DNA of 64,000 nt. Origin: Ruditapes philippinarum (Eukaryota). Under the pieces are notes generated by a model. The model worked only from the letters and a program-made list of their open reading frames with translations, was not told the origin of the DNA and searched no databases. The position numbers were made by a program, and so were the translations under genes. The DNA is taken from assembly GCF_026571515.1 (NCBI RefSeq), contig NW_026860903.1, positions 248,001-312,000 on the forward strand, in the 5' to 3' direction. Below are positions 1 to 15,400 of this stretch, in pieces (position 1 is the first letter of the stretch; every line of letters starts with the position of its first letter).

Positions 1-433
1 ATTATTATTTCATTATATTAAATATTTTTTTGAAATGGTTAAAACTTTGACCTTGTTAGAACTAAAAGTGATTAGGCTTTGCCACCAGTAGAGAGCCAGG
101 CGTTATTTGTGAAGTCTGACCAACCCTTTTATTGTTGTTAGCTCAATTTTTGTATTTTTACATTGGAATCCAGTAACAATTGAATTCAAAGAAGTGAAAG
201 TCATCAAAAAATTAGCAGGTAAAAATAATAGTTATTAATAAGTTTGATTATACATGAAACCCTTCCAGAGAAATGTTTCTCCTTTACTGTTTTAGAAAAA
301 AAGATACATTTAAAAAATATGTCAATACCAAATAGTCCAATTGTTAGTATATTGACCATACCCATTTATATTATTTTTATACAAAGCAGTGTATGTCATA
401 TGATACCAGATCCATAACTTTTACAGCACTTAC

Positions 434-3400
434 TTCTTGTCCAAGCTCCTTTAATTTCTGTTTATATTTGTCAATTTTAGTGTCCTGGTCAGCTAGTAGC
501 ACCAATAAATCTTCCTGTTCCTTCTTTAATGTTTCTAACTCCTCTTTAATCATATCTTTTTCTCCATCTTTCTTAGATAACTCGTCCTCCATTTTCTGCA
601 TAAATTATAGCATAAAGTGACAGTATATAAATATACTTACATCATCAAACAAATTAAAATCATATTTTCAGAACAGATGTTTGCATTTTTGTTTCACATA
701 GTTTTACGATGTTTGAAAAATTTATTCAAAATACAACTTTTGTAAAATAAACGACTTTGAAATTTGAATTGCTTTGAAACTTATTAAATGCAACATCAAC
801 TTCATGAAAATGTTCAATAGTCGATTAGTAATACCAATTAACAATTCAAGTTTGAAGTACTATAATTAAAAAAAAAAACTTTATGTAGGTATAAGGTTAC
901 ACAAGGTAACATTAAATGAATCAACCTCATCTTGCTTTCATAAAAAGATTATTCATAACAAAATATGTAAATGTAATATATAAAAAGTTTTCTTACATGA
1001 ACTTTATCAATGAGATTTAAATTTTCTTCATTAGCTTTTTTCACTCGGTCTTGTAATGTATTTCTCTCATCAGTTAGTTTTGTCACGTCCTCGGAGAGAG
1101 AAACTACTTTGGCATCTGAATCTTCATTGCTGGTATTTGATATTGATTGCTGTCCGAGAACAAAAGAAAACACCATTAAACATAATTAAATATATGAAGG
1201 TATTTTTCATTTTCAAGGGGCTTGGTTAAGTGAAGTCGAATTAAAGTAATGATGACAGAGTATCTCATAGAGTAATTTTTCCCAGCTTAACAACAAATGC
1301 TCCATATTAAGTACTAGGTACTGAGTTAAATAGAAACAGGCTGAATTGTTTTATCATATACAACAATTCAAAAACTAGCACATTTGACCACTTGTAAATG
1401 AATGGCTGACATAAAACTTACAAAACAACTACGTTAATCTATAGGTTTAAGTTAAACAAACCTGGGCTTATTATACATACTCACTCAGTATTTTGTAATG
1501 AAACAAGGGTCAAAAATAAAAACTAGTAGATAGTCCTTTTAACATAAAATCCCGAAATGTCACAGGTATAAATTAAGATAAATACCATAAAATCTATGTA
1601 ATAACTTAACCTACAGGGGTCAACAGAATCTATCAAGGTGATCATTACAGACAAAGATCAGCCTGCATATCTGTGCCATCTATTATGATCTGTCTGTTAT
1701 TCAGTATGTACCAATTTCTAAAACTTTCCCAAAAAATGATGGTTTTATCTAGATTAAAAGCTGGAGGAATCCTTAATATTCGGGGTTGGTTATAAAGATT
1801 GAGATAATACATTGTTTTATTATAGTGAAGAATATTAACTTACCACTTGCTGTAATTGAGTTTGTAACTGACTACACTCAGAATTTAGTTTATTAATTTC
1901 TGCGTCTTTATTTGACAGTTCAACACGCAATTCATGTAAATCTGTATTTAACCTATTAACAGTTTGTTGTAACACTGCTGTTTCACTGGGATTATTTTCT
2001 TTATCCTCTTCACCCATTTCCTGAGCAACAACCCTTGCCTCTACTACAGATAAATCTGTTTTCTGTGGTAAATAAATTCACAATGTTAACATGTCTGTCA
2101 GAAAGATGGGATATTCATAATAATTGTACACCATATATAATGAAGTCATCTTTGAGAGACATTCCAGGAAAGCAATTTGTAATTCCACATCAAAATCTTA
2201 ACAAGCTGATACTATTGTAAAAATTACAAATTAAAATTTTTCACCTTGTGATTTATGACAAATTCAATTTATATCCTTACTAAAAATCTTCTGATTAAAT
2301 TTGTTTTTAGTCACATTTACATTTTGTTTACAGTTAACATGACAGACATAGTTTCAATATGACTCTCTGGGCATGCATCTTGTTAGAAAAGTTTATCTTT
2401 TACATCTTTATTGGATATTTTTCTAACAAGAAACAAGGGTAATCCATGGCAGGATTCAAATCTCTATTAGTTAGATATATACAGTATCATTCAACCATGT
2501 TTGATAGGATACTTACTAATTTTTCTATATGTGATTCTTTTTCTGATAATTGTAAACTAAGGGACTGTACTCTATCATTTAAAGTTCTAACTTCTTCATC
2601 TTTATCACCATCAGAAGTTTTAGAACCTGCAACAAAATATAAATACTCAATGACACAACATCTATGTACAATGTTTTAACAGAAAAAGTGATAAACAATA
2701 TTTTTTTTCTTAAAATGGTCAAGGTTTCCATGTTTCTTAAAACTATTTTTTAAAAGCATATTACATACATATTATTACTTACTCAATAGCAGAATATTTT
2801 ATAAGTACACAATTTCATGAGCTGATAGAATATGTCTTGTACATTACCAAAACTACTGAAAAAATTTTAACAACCAGCTTAACTTAAGTCTTGGAGAAAA
2901 ACACAACATTTTTCACTAAAAATTTGAAGACAAATCTCTATAAAAAATAAAATTTAATATGATGAACTCTTTAACAGTATTTCAATCAATGTAGAATCTG
3001 ACTTGATAAAAAATTCATATTCTAATGAAGTCTTCAAGTTGATACCTTTTGTGGCTTTTAATAAAGCATTTTGGTCTTTTAGCTGTTGAATTTGTTGAGC
3101 ATAATCTTCTAACTGTTTTTTAGCCTTTCTATATTCCCCTTCTATAGACTCTAACCGGCCCTGGCAATCTTTTAATCTCTCATCCTGTAATTATAGCAAT
3201 ATTTGAAATGTAAAATCACAAACATAATCATGTTCCATTACAAAAATTTAAGTTAACAAATAAGGTTTGGTTTAAAGTATGATGTATGTAATAATGTATG
3301 TATGTAATAATATACATTGAAATGCTTTCAAAATAAAAGGAAACTTAAATAACATTTTAATAGAATTCAATTTGAATTATAGTGTAAATTTTTAGCAGAT

Positions 3401-6400
3401 ACATGTATTTGTCTGCCTTATTTTTACGCAGATTTTCACAAATTTTTGGCCATATAGCGGGAATAAGTCCATCTTACCGGCTTTCTTGAATACCAGTAAT
3501 GAGCAATTTCTGTGCAAGTGACAGACTACTAATCCTACATGATTTATGGTTCAGCAATGAGAGACAGACAACTATTATACTCAATGTCTGAAATCAAATG
3601 TTATGGAGAAAATTTGCTTCGTTCTTGGATCTAACCAACAACCTCTAAACAAATCTGAAGCTCTAATGAGCTAAGCAGGGGACTAGGTACACTTTAATAT
3701 ACATGAAATTTCCTATTAGAAATATAACAGTTGTAAATGTATGAAACTTGAGCTCACCTGTTCTTGAATTAAGTCTTTATATTGTGTAACTATACTTTCA
3801 TGTTCCTTCAGATTGGCCAACTGTTTCTTACTTTCTTCTCTATTATTAGATGATAAAGCTTTTAATATGTCATCTGAAATAACAGGTAGAGATATAGTAG
3901 TTATGCATCTCACCGTCAGGCTGTTATACATAATGATAATAATGTAACAAGATAGCCATGATGGCCCATAACTGCTCGCCTGGTGATATGGTTTACAAGA
4001 TTTAAATATTCATAACCAGTATAACTACTTTGTACATTTTTCCTCAGAGTCAAAAATATTGGTCATGATTTTAGTCTAAGAAAACCTCCAAGAGTCAAAA
4101 GAAATATCATTACAGAATTGACTTTCTTCTACAAATTTCTTTTACAATCAAAAATTTAATTTTTTACAGAAAATTTTTGTAAAATATACATAAACCACAT
4201 TTTACAAAAATTTATAGACATTATATTTTCTATTTAATTTGTCAATAAAAATAAAGTTTACTTACGTTCTACACTTTTAAACAATCTACAAAACTCGTAG
4301 TCAAAAACAACTTCACTAGCTTGTTTATAATTAATGTGAGGTTTTTTTATAGCTCGTGTATAACTCTCTGACTTGGTGACTTGAGTTAGTTTGTTTGTGA
4401 AAGCCTCTAACCCTATCCTCTTCTCAATAATCTGTCGCAATGATGCCCTGAAAATATAATGTCATAATCAAACTTACATCTCATAATATCTTAATTAATT
4501 TTTAGTTTTGCATAAGGCCATTAGACAAAGTAAAGGCCGTATATTGATTTTCAAAACTATATTGATGGAGGAAAACTTCAGGTGTGTTTTCATGCAGTCT
4601 TTCAGGGATGAGAAATAACCAAAGTATATCCATACAGCCTTCTAGCAAGTCATTAGTTTGTTTTAGAAAAATGAAAATGAATATTTACAAATTACAAAAA
4701 AAATATTCCGCCTTCAAGAATTGGCAATTTTAACAGAAATTTAAGCTACATAGGACTAGTAGATATGAAGGTTAGCAAGTAATTCAAAGTCACAGTAATA
4801 AATGATATGATCTGGATTCATTATTTACCACCAGTATACATTGTTGTTTGCATTCTCCAACATTATATCCATGCTTATCAACCTATGACCCATCAAAAAG
4901 TTAAGTGGTAACTTTTAAAATAAACAATACATTTGACATAAAGTAAATCAAGTTTTAAAGGGATTTTTTCTCTTTTTTCTTTATCCCCACTTTCATACAA
5001 GCATATTTAATATAATTCCTCTTCTGTAAGAGTATATACATACGTAGTGAATGTTTCGTTCTGGTCATCATTACTAAGTAGACATATACCAAGGAGGAAG
5101 GCACACAATCCTTGAACATTCTGTTCATTTTCATCACCATCAGATGATGACACCTGAGAGATCAGCTGTTATAATGTCAAGGTCATCAATGTTGGTTTGT
5201 TTCAAGTTTCGTTTACTTATATCCATAATCTTTAAATTTGAAAGATTTCATTTAATAATGTCAATTTGAAAATTCTTGACCTCCTGTTTGATTTGACAAT
5301 TTAAGGCAGCTATAACAATGAACTATCTACAGTTCTAATTGGGAATGGGGGGATGTAAGTCACATTGCAGGATGACTTAACCCGTAAGTGCATGAGCATT
5401 TTGTGAAAAATGGCTGTTTTCATTGAAAAGCCTCCTGTTACAAGTTCAAATTGCTATGGAACTATAAAAGATGCTTCAATTTTCATTAAACTTGGCACAA
5501 ATGTTGACTGAGCCATAGCTTTTGTAACAGTATGCTCAATCTGAAATTTCCTAGTAATTAAGACCACAAATTTTAGTTTTAAAAAGACAGACGTTTCCCA
5601 GTTAATTATCAAAATTGCATGTAATAGTAGACCTTCAAGTAGAACTACAACCTCCATAAAGTTGTGTTTACCTTCCCTTACATTTCTTTTTTTATGACAT
5701 AGAGCTTCACCTTGATATTCTTTTTCAGTTTGAAATTTCAGTTGTAGATACAAAAATATAGCCGTTACTCATATTTTTTCTTCTTACAATAATTTAATTT
5801 CTGAACCCTTTCTTTAATTCACTGAATTATTCATTTGATTAAACATGGCATAAAAATGTTTCAACAACTACCATTCTTTGATGCATAATATATAAAGGAT
5901 ACATAAGGAACATTTGCCGTGTTGAAGAGGAAGTGTGAGACAGCTGTAGGACAATCTGCCATCCAGGTAGCCAGTAACATCAGGATACCCAGTCTTGTTT
6001 GAACACGTCCACCCTGAAATTATATATTCAGTTATATTCTTTATGAAATTCAGAAATAAAAGTAGAAAAAAATTACAATATAAGATATGGTAAAGCTTTA
6101 TAGAATAAGCATTGATAAATTAAAGGCCTCCAATGAATTCAAAGTTTCTGAACATTTTTCAATTAAGATATTACTCATATTAAGTGACTGTAAAGCAAAA
6201 CTTATGACAGCTTGATCTTTCAAACTGCAAAGAAGAAGTCATCAAACATCAAATTGTAAAGCAACTCACAACCAATTTGATTAACTTAATTTCCATTCTC
6301 CACCAATTTCAATCAATTCCTTGACAATGTCATTTATAATGATCTAATGTATAAAACATGCCCTACGCAAATATTTTACATGCATGCGTGCAGTGATGTG

Positions 6401-9400
6401 ATAGATTTAATTACTTCTTTATGGAATGCATGTTAAGACTGTCTGCCAATTTAAGGAATAAATACCGGTAGTCGCAGAATAATCTAAAGAAATGAAAGAG
6501 CTGAAGTTAAGCTATGTACAAATAGAGTAAGTTTAAGAAAACGTGGACATTTTGGATCGTTTCATCACTAGCCAATAAATCCATTATTTTACACATGGAT
6601 AATGTGAGGAAATATAAATTTATATATAAGGTAAATATGAATGAAATACCTGAGCTACTATATTACAGCACTGTTGTAAAAGAGAGACAGGTGGATTACC
6701 AAGACTGGTTGCTAGCTGTACACGTAACAACTGCTCTTTCTGTGTAGCATTATCTGATATAGCATTTAACATAGCTACTGCAGCAAACCAATTAGATAAT
6801 GAATCTGTACTAAATAGTCCACCACACAACAACTGACCAGCTGATATTGTGTTTACTGAAAGATAGAAAGGTTTGAAAAAATTCAGCATATGCTCTTCTG
6901 TTACTTCATCTCATTTTTTTTTTTCTATTAAATGAAAGGTAATTACAAATCTAAACATATTTTGTCATCTGTCTAGCGTTATTGAAAATCAAAACAATCT
7001 AGAAGTGTTGTAATGAATAATTATTGTTTTATCATTGACTGATTATTATAAAAGATCGACTAACCATCAGCAGAAGTAGGTAACAAAGTCTGTACAATTT
7101 GTGACTGGCCTACTTCATTTTTATAGAGGAATGACTGGAAGCAGTAAAGTACAGCACAGCGGAGAGTAAATGGTTGTTTCTCGTTTACCATTGACATGAG
7201 CAGTACAACAATAGCTGGTCTGAAATAATACAAGTTGGTCAAGTCACATATAGATTAAAATATAAAACTATTTAACAAGTTGTCAATGGGTAACCAGGGT
7301 CATAAAGGACATCAATTAAGCTTTACTACTTCTATTTCTACTTCTAACTAAATCATTGTTTTCCTTCAATAGGCTAAAAATTAAATGAAATGAACAATTC
7401 TAAATAATTTACTACAAATCATAATCAACGTTTCTTTTGTAAAATGTGCAAACCTGAAACTAAACTGTCCAAGTATTTAAAGATAAATATACATATTTTG
7501 AATCAGTCAATTGTCCCCCAACCCAACAAACCCTTGCAGGATTTTGGGTATAGTTGGAGTGAAATTGGCCAGTTTTTAACTTCTTTGATGTGTCACTAAA
7601 CACCTCGGTCAATGCATTTGATTGCTTTGTTGCCAAAATAGTGGGGTATATGTCAATATTACACTGCAAATTTACCAGGGATTTGTTAATCCAAAAGTCC
7701 CCATAATTATACCAGGGATGTGGTGGCCTGGGTTACAATAATGCATTACATAATCAAACCTGAATATTTTATAACTTCTCTTAACAATTAATCAACAAAA
7801 CATCAGTATAAATGTCTGATGAAAAATACAAATCCTAAGATAATGTAATTATATCACTTCAGAATGTAGCACTAATAAAATAATTCTTAAATCATTGTTA
7901 CTGTAAATATCTTAAAAGAGGAGGTCCAAGGTATATCTTCAATTCTATACAGTTTCTAAATTTATAAACAAATAATCTTACTTATGAGGTTTGATTTATA
8001 CCATATTTCTTTGCTTAGTTGAATAATAGTTAAAAATAAATGTATGACAAACTTAGAAATAACTTAAACATAAAACATCCCAAAAAAGAATGTTACACAG
8101 TTATAAATAACTTAAATAAAATTAACAACAAGAGCTGTCGGTAGGACAGCATGCTCGACTATTCTTAGTGCTTGATAGTAAAAAAAATGCCTGATACAGT
8201 TACCTCCTCCTGTTTACAGGTTGGGGTCATGATGGTGAACAAGTGTGCAAAGTTTCAAAGCCATATGTCAATGGACTTTAAAAATATTTGAACTATTACA
8301 AAAACTTTAACGTAAATTCTAAGTCGAAAAAGGGCATAATTCTGTCAAAATGCTTGATAGAGTTACCTCCTCCTGTTTACAGGTTGGGGTCATGATGTTG
8401 AACAAGCGTGCAAGGTTTCAAAGCCATATGTCAATGGACTTTGAAAATATTTGAACTATTACAAAAACTTTAACGTAAATTCTAAGTCGAAAAAGGGGCA
8501 TAATTCTGTCAAAATGCTTAATAGAGTTACCTCCTGCTGTCTACAGGTTGGGGTCATGATGTTGAACAAGTGTGCAAAGTTTCAAAGCCATATGTCTATG
8601 GACTTTGAAAATATTTGAACTATTACAAAAACTTTAACGTAAATTCTAAGTCGAAAAAGGGCATAATTCTGTCAAAATGCTTGATAGAGTTACCTCCTCC
8701 TGTCTACAGGTTGGGTCATGATGGTGAACAAGTGTGCAAAGTTTCAAAGCCATATGTCAATGGACTTTGAAAATATTTGAACTATTACAAAAACTTTAAC
8801 GTAAATTCTAAGTCGAAAAAGGGGCATAATTCTGTCAAAATACTTGATAGAGTTACCTCCTCCTGTCTACAGGTTGGGGTCATGATGGTGAACAAGTGTG
8901 CAAAGTTTCAAAGCCATATGTCAATGGACTTTGAAAATATTTGAACTATTACAAAAACTTTAACGTAAATTCTAAGTCGAAAAAGGGGCATAATTCTGTC
9001 AAAATGCTTGATAGAGTTACCTCCTCCTGTCTACAGGTTGGGGTCATGATGGTGAACAAGTGTGCAAAGTTTCAAAGCCATATGTCAATGGACTTTGAAA
9101 ATATTTGAACTATTACAAAAACTTTAACGTAAATTCTAAGTCGAAAAAGGGGCATAATTCTGTCAAAATGCTTGATAGAGTTACCTCCTCCTGTCTACAG
9201 GTTGGGGTCATGATGGTGAACAAGTGTGCAAAGTTTCAAAGCCATATGTCAATGGACTTTGAAAATATTTGAACTATTACAAAAACTTTAACATAAGTGG
9301 TTACGCCGACGCCGACGCTCGGGTGACTGCAATAGCTCTACTTATTCTTATCGAATAGTCGAGCTAAAAATGTTTAAAAAAATGTTAACCCCAAAAGGAA

Positions 9401-12400
9401 ATATACATATTGCTATATATTTGAAAACCATGTTTCCACTTTTTGTAATTAAACATACATACATAAGACTTGGGTAGCTACAAAAATTACATAAAATTCT
9501 ACTAGAGAAATCTCTAATAAACAAAATAAATAAAGCCAACATTAATGATAATGATGCATGACTTTTTGCTACTTAGTACTATTCTCTCTAAAACCCATGA
9601 TGTTTTTCTTTTTTTCTACAAAATTTGCACCCATTCTTTTTTTAACTTTTAATTTTGGTGTCTTCCCAAAAAGTTTCCCATTGGCCATATAGCTCTGCTT
9701 CTTCTACTTTTGACAATCAGTACAGTTATAGTGACTTAGTATTTTAAATGAAGGTCAAAATACCAATTTGTTCACATTATCCTACTTTGGGTCATATTCC
9801 CATTTGAAAATAGTATATTATTTCCCCAATCCACAGGAAAATATTCCCAATTTAAAGTTACAAAATAAAAATATTGAATAAAGAACTCTATAATTTTTGA
9901 AAATAAGGGCTTCACCACAGTAATAGTGCTTAAATGTTTGAAGGTGCCATCCTAGACAGTGATTGTTTGCATTCCTTTAATCACTGCAAAATTTCATTCA
10001 TTTATTTTCCCCCCAATTTTTATCAAAACATTGTTGAAATTCCCAAGTCCATGGATATGGGTCATGTAGCTAAAATCCTGGAAAAAATCCCCGATTTTAC
10101 ATTCAGCACAACTTGTAGCAGGTAATAAGCATCTTACATGTTCTAAATCACTTATTATGACATTATAAAACACACAAAAGAACAAATTATTCATTTCTGA
10201 TGCTTAATGAGCCTTAAACTTAATACAAGATTTCACAAAACATTGGTTATCTGAATGTAAAATATGACATTGTAAATGAAACTTTTTTCCAACAGGAAAT
10301 AAAAGCTGAAGGCTGCTTTAATCTACCTTTATATGCTCTTCTATATATCATCAAAACAAATAATTTTATTGAATTATTCAAGAATTTGAAGCTGAGTTGT
10401 TGGGTTAGACTATTAGATACCGTACCTTGGTGGATTAGATGGAGCCATCACTGAAGCAAAGTATTCCTGGTTTTGTAGATTCCCTCTGATAACTTCAGCT
10501 ACAGTGTTTATAGTCTACAATAAAGTAATGTATCTGTGTATACATTATAACTCACATACAATAATGTTTATAAAACAACATCAACAAACACACAATTACT
10601 ACATCATAATCAATCAAGATTTAACAAATAATGTTTATATCTAATGCTTTTACAAAATGAAACGTCTTTAAGATTGAAATTATAATACATCAACTGCATG
10701 AATTTAGCAACTTCAAAGAACTAAGTGATCAAGTTAAAATAAAACAGTGTCGAGCATAATATTATTTTATTCAATGAGTTCAATAAATTCAGTAATGAAC
10801 TTACACAAATTTAATATTCTATTTATCACATACCCAAAATAAAGACAGTTTAAAGTGAAATAAGAGTCATTTTTCATTGACGCGACTATAGTATAACGCT
10901 AACATTTATCGCGCCTTTACGTTATGTTTGTATAACGCTAATGACGTCACGTCAAAATATATGCACAGCCGTGCAATACCATATAAACAGAGTCGCAAAA
11001 TCGGCAAGGGTATGTGATAAATAACAAAGTAAAATACTCAAGTACACTTCCATTTAAGTATTTGCTTTTTCTTTTAGAATATATTGTTTCATGTATATTA
11101 AGTATGAGCAATTTGTAATGAAATACATGATTGTACAAGTGAACACTCTCTGTTTATGTTTTGTTTTAGGGCACACCAACACAGTATAGGTCATATGACG
11201 CAGAAACAAACAGCAAAGATGATTTTGACTAACCTCGGGTGTTACAAACTTTAAAGTAACACCATGGGTCAAATCACCTCGCTTGAGCTAAAAGATGCAT
11301 AGACTCCAGTTTTTTTAACCCGCTTAGTTGCATTTTACGATCAGGCAGAGATAAATGGTGTCTGCAATTCGTATGCCTAAACTATTAAAGGCAAACCCTC
11401 AACCACAAGGGACAAGTGAACACATTTATATGTATAATTTACCTCTGTGAGAACATCAGCTGGTACACCACTGGCCATCAATATTGTACACAATTGTTGC
11501 ACCAGACCACATGTATACATTGTCTTCTGACAGTTAGTGTTGAGTTGTTGTGGATTACTGGGCGATACAAGTGACCTCACAAGCTGAATAACATCAACAT
11601 TATAATAGTCATTACTTTATAGTTCCTAGCACAATAACTCCTGATTTACACAAAAAATTATATTAATTAAAAAATGTGTTTGCCTAAAAACAGTCTTTGC
11701 AACAATTAATCATCTGATTTTGTTTAAAAGGAGGCAATGAAATATGGACATGGTTGTGAACTAATCTGAAACTTGTATTTCTATATTCTGTAGTTTCACA
11801 TAACCATTATGATGATGCATTTTGAAATAACTTGTAGTTCAAGTGTTATCTACGTATCTATGTACAAGAGAAAAAAATTAACATAAACATTACCTGTAAA
11901 ACTAGATGTATATTTGTAACTTTCTGAGCAGACCAGCCAACCTGTGATCTATGTGGATCTTGCTCAAGGTCAAAGAATGGAGTCAGATATTTGACATGGC
12001 TGCCCTCTCGGAAAAAGTTTTGGTTTGAGGAATTATTTTTCAACAGGTTAAGTAACAGAAGTAAGCAGTCCTCAACAACTATGCCTGAAAGGGAAACAAC
12101 CTCTTAATAATTAATAAATAATTAATATGTCATACATCTAATCTTCATTTTCATTCTAATAAAAAGTACATATTCTAATAATACTAACACTTTCTATTAA
12201 ATTTATCAGATGTTTTGTTTATTCAAGATCTAAACTTTGCTTAAATCCTAAAAACAAATATGCATTCTAAATATATTTAATATACCAGAAATTATTGAAT
12301 ATATATTGTAGTTTGAATGATTTTAGTTTGCAAATTTCATCAAGAATGTGTAACAAACCTCCATCTATTCCGCCTTCTTCATGTATAATATCAAGGAGAC

Positions 12401-15400
12401 GTTCAAAAGCATTTTCAAATGCTACAATCTTCTGGATATTTGCATTGCTTCTCGTCAATTGGTTCAACAACAAAAGAGCCTGATAATATAACACAATAAA
12501 ATCTCAATACTCTTTCTATATTGATACTTATATGATAGAAACATATTTCAATTCCATGGGAACTGTATTACCCATAAACAGTGATGTTTCTCCTGCAGTA
12601 AATGTATTAAATTAAATAATTTATTCAAATGAAATTTATTACGAAGGAGGTTCAACAGATGTACTTTTATATTAGAACTAATGAATATATCAGCTAAGGA
12701 AAGAGAAATACTTTTAGAACTTTTCCTGCAACATTAAAGTTTAAATGAATCTAAAATTTAAACTATGCAATCAAATATTTTTTAGTTTAGTAACAACATA
12801 ATGAGCACTTACATCATTTCTAATGATTTCCCGGCTATCAGACAAAAGGTCCATTAATTTGGAAACTCCCATTGGATGAACTAGTATACACTCCTGTAGA
12901 TCTTTACATTTGTTAGTCAACAATATGGTGATTAACTTCACTGTCGGCCATCTCACATGGAAGTCATACTCCTTTAAATTAAAGGTTTTAATATCAAAAT
13001 CAAGGTTAACAAAACTAAGTTTGTAAAAGGAATATTTCCAAATAATGTTTCATTACCAGTCCTGCAAATACCTACAAGTGACCTTGACTTTGCTCTAAGA
13101 TATCTTAGTAGCAATCCCAAGCTGCATCTTAACATAAGCTACCCAGCAAATTTGCTGTCAACAGGTCACAGCTAACTCAAGTTATTAATATTATGTTGAA
13201 AATGAATTTCTATTTTCTGCAACAGCGACCTTGACCTTAATCATAGTCACCTGGGTAGTAATCCCAAATAGCATCTTGATATAAGCTAACCACATACTAA
13301 GTATGGTGTTGAACTGTCAATAGGTCAAAGCAAACTGAAGTTATTCAGTGGAAACTTAATTTCTATCTTTAGCAACAGTGACATTGATCAAACACATCTG
13401 GGCAGTTACCCCAAGCTGCCTCTTGAAATAAGCTACCCAGTTACAAAGTTTGGCATCAATATTAAGCAAACTGAAGTTACTGAGCAGAAACTTAATTTCT
13501 ATTTTTAGCAACAGTCACCTTGATCACAGACACCTTGGCAGCAATCCCAAGTTACCTCTTGATATAAGCTACCCATACACCAAGTTTGGTGCCAAAAGGC
13601 CAAAGCAAACTCAAGTTATTGAGATGAAACCAAAAGTTGAGGCTCACCTGCATACTTAAGAATTACAGTAACTGGTTTGTTAAGAATTATAGATATAATT
13701 TTACCTCCAACAGTGACAGTAGAAGTCCAACATTGTCTGATTTCTTTATAAAGATTTCTGTAAATTGAGCACCTAAATCATCTGGTCCTTGGAACTGTAC
13801 TTCCTCTTCTAAAACATAAATTGACAAAAAAATAACAAAAGTCAGCATGTTGTAGATAATAACAATTAAAATATCAAAAAATTAATTTTTTTCACTATCA
13901 AATCATTTTTAATGAGCATAACTGTTTAAACAGGCTTGTTGTCAGTATTGTGCAAAGTGTGACATAAAACTGTACAGAATAGAAGAAATCTGAGACTATA
14001 TCTTAGCAATAAAAAAGGTAAAACAATATATATATAGTTCTTGTACTATTGTATACTTATATATCAGTTTGTAAGATGTATTTGAATCTTTGAAGTGGTA
14101 CATAACTGAGCAGATTTTCTTTGTAAAAATGCAGTAATCAACTAGTTCAGGCTTGAATGTGGTTTCTATCAATATATGTATACTAATTAATAGTCAGCTT
14201 ACCATCATCCGTTGGTTCATTTGACATGACATTACAAAAGGCATCTAATGCATAACCAGTTATTTCAGAATCTGACCTGTCCGATTCCAAGACGTGAAGA
14301 AGTGTTTCCATTGCCTGAGTTCCAACCTCAAGCCGAAATTTCTGAAAGAAACAAATTAAAATTCTAATATTAAATATATTTTCAACATGTTAAATCAGTC
14401 ATAGTACAAACTTGCAAATCTGTCTAATCATAACTACCCAACAGAATTAAAATAATGGTTCATATTTTTCATGTGTACAAAGCAACTTGACCAGACCGGC
14501 ACATTTTGTGTTCTTGTACCCAGGTATTTTTTTCCAGTATTTTGGGAACATGACCCATACCCTTGAATTGGGAATTTTAGCGGTGTTTTGCTAAAAATTG
14601 GGAAAAATATTTGACTATAATTTTAAAATTTCCATTTATTTTAAATGAAAAACAAAGATGCAATGATATTTTATCAACACAAATTATCATAAGCACATAG
14701 CAGTCCTTAGCACAGCATACTTAAGTTTGCAATCATTCAGTCTCATTAACAAGCTGTTTCCTATGCAAATGTAATACATCTAAATATTGTTGTTTTTTTA
14801 GCTGTGATTCTTGCAATTAATGAACAGTAAAAGTTCTAAAATCCATAATGATAATTCAAATTCTATCACATCTGATTGATATTTTAATAGCCAATAAATC
14901 ATTTAATACATTTATTATTAATTACTTTCATAAGTAACGCTGATAACAAGTGATAAACAACAACAACAAACTGGCAAATTTATAAGGGGATAATGTAAAT
15001 CAAATACATTAATATATGTTTCATGTAACTTAATTATCAATTAGCTTGCTTTAATTACCATCAGCCATTCAGGGTCTTCTACAGTTTTAACACCTGATAA
15101 TTTAAACAAAGCGCTGTTTTTAGCGATGTCAGTTACCAAGTGTAGCAATGGCTACACATCAGCGCATTTGTAAATTATGCCAGCTTACACCCCAGGCACT
15201 TTTATCTAGTAAAGAAATATATATATCTATATACATGTCAGACTTTTTCATAGAGATTTTTGGGTGATTAGAATTTCAGTTTCCTGATCAAATAGGGCAA
15301 TGTGAAAATATTTTTGGCAAATTTTTCGCCCCAACTTCACCCTAAACTCGTTCCAACCAGTGTAATATGGCCTTTGCAATCGTTTTCCAAACACAGAAGT

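Noticed and set aside
8190-9300. Regular repeats that might suggest a CRISPR array (also 37295-38390)
   Set aside because: Pure tandem repeats with no unique spacers and no cas genes, in a eukaryotic context.
10861-11365. CpG-rich insertion-like segment in a USO1 intron
   Set aside because: Probably a MITE, but I could not identify a convincing TIR/TSD pair.
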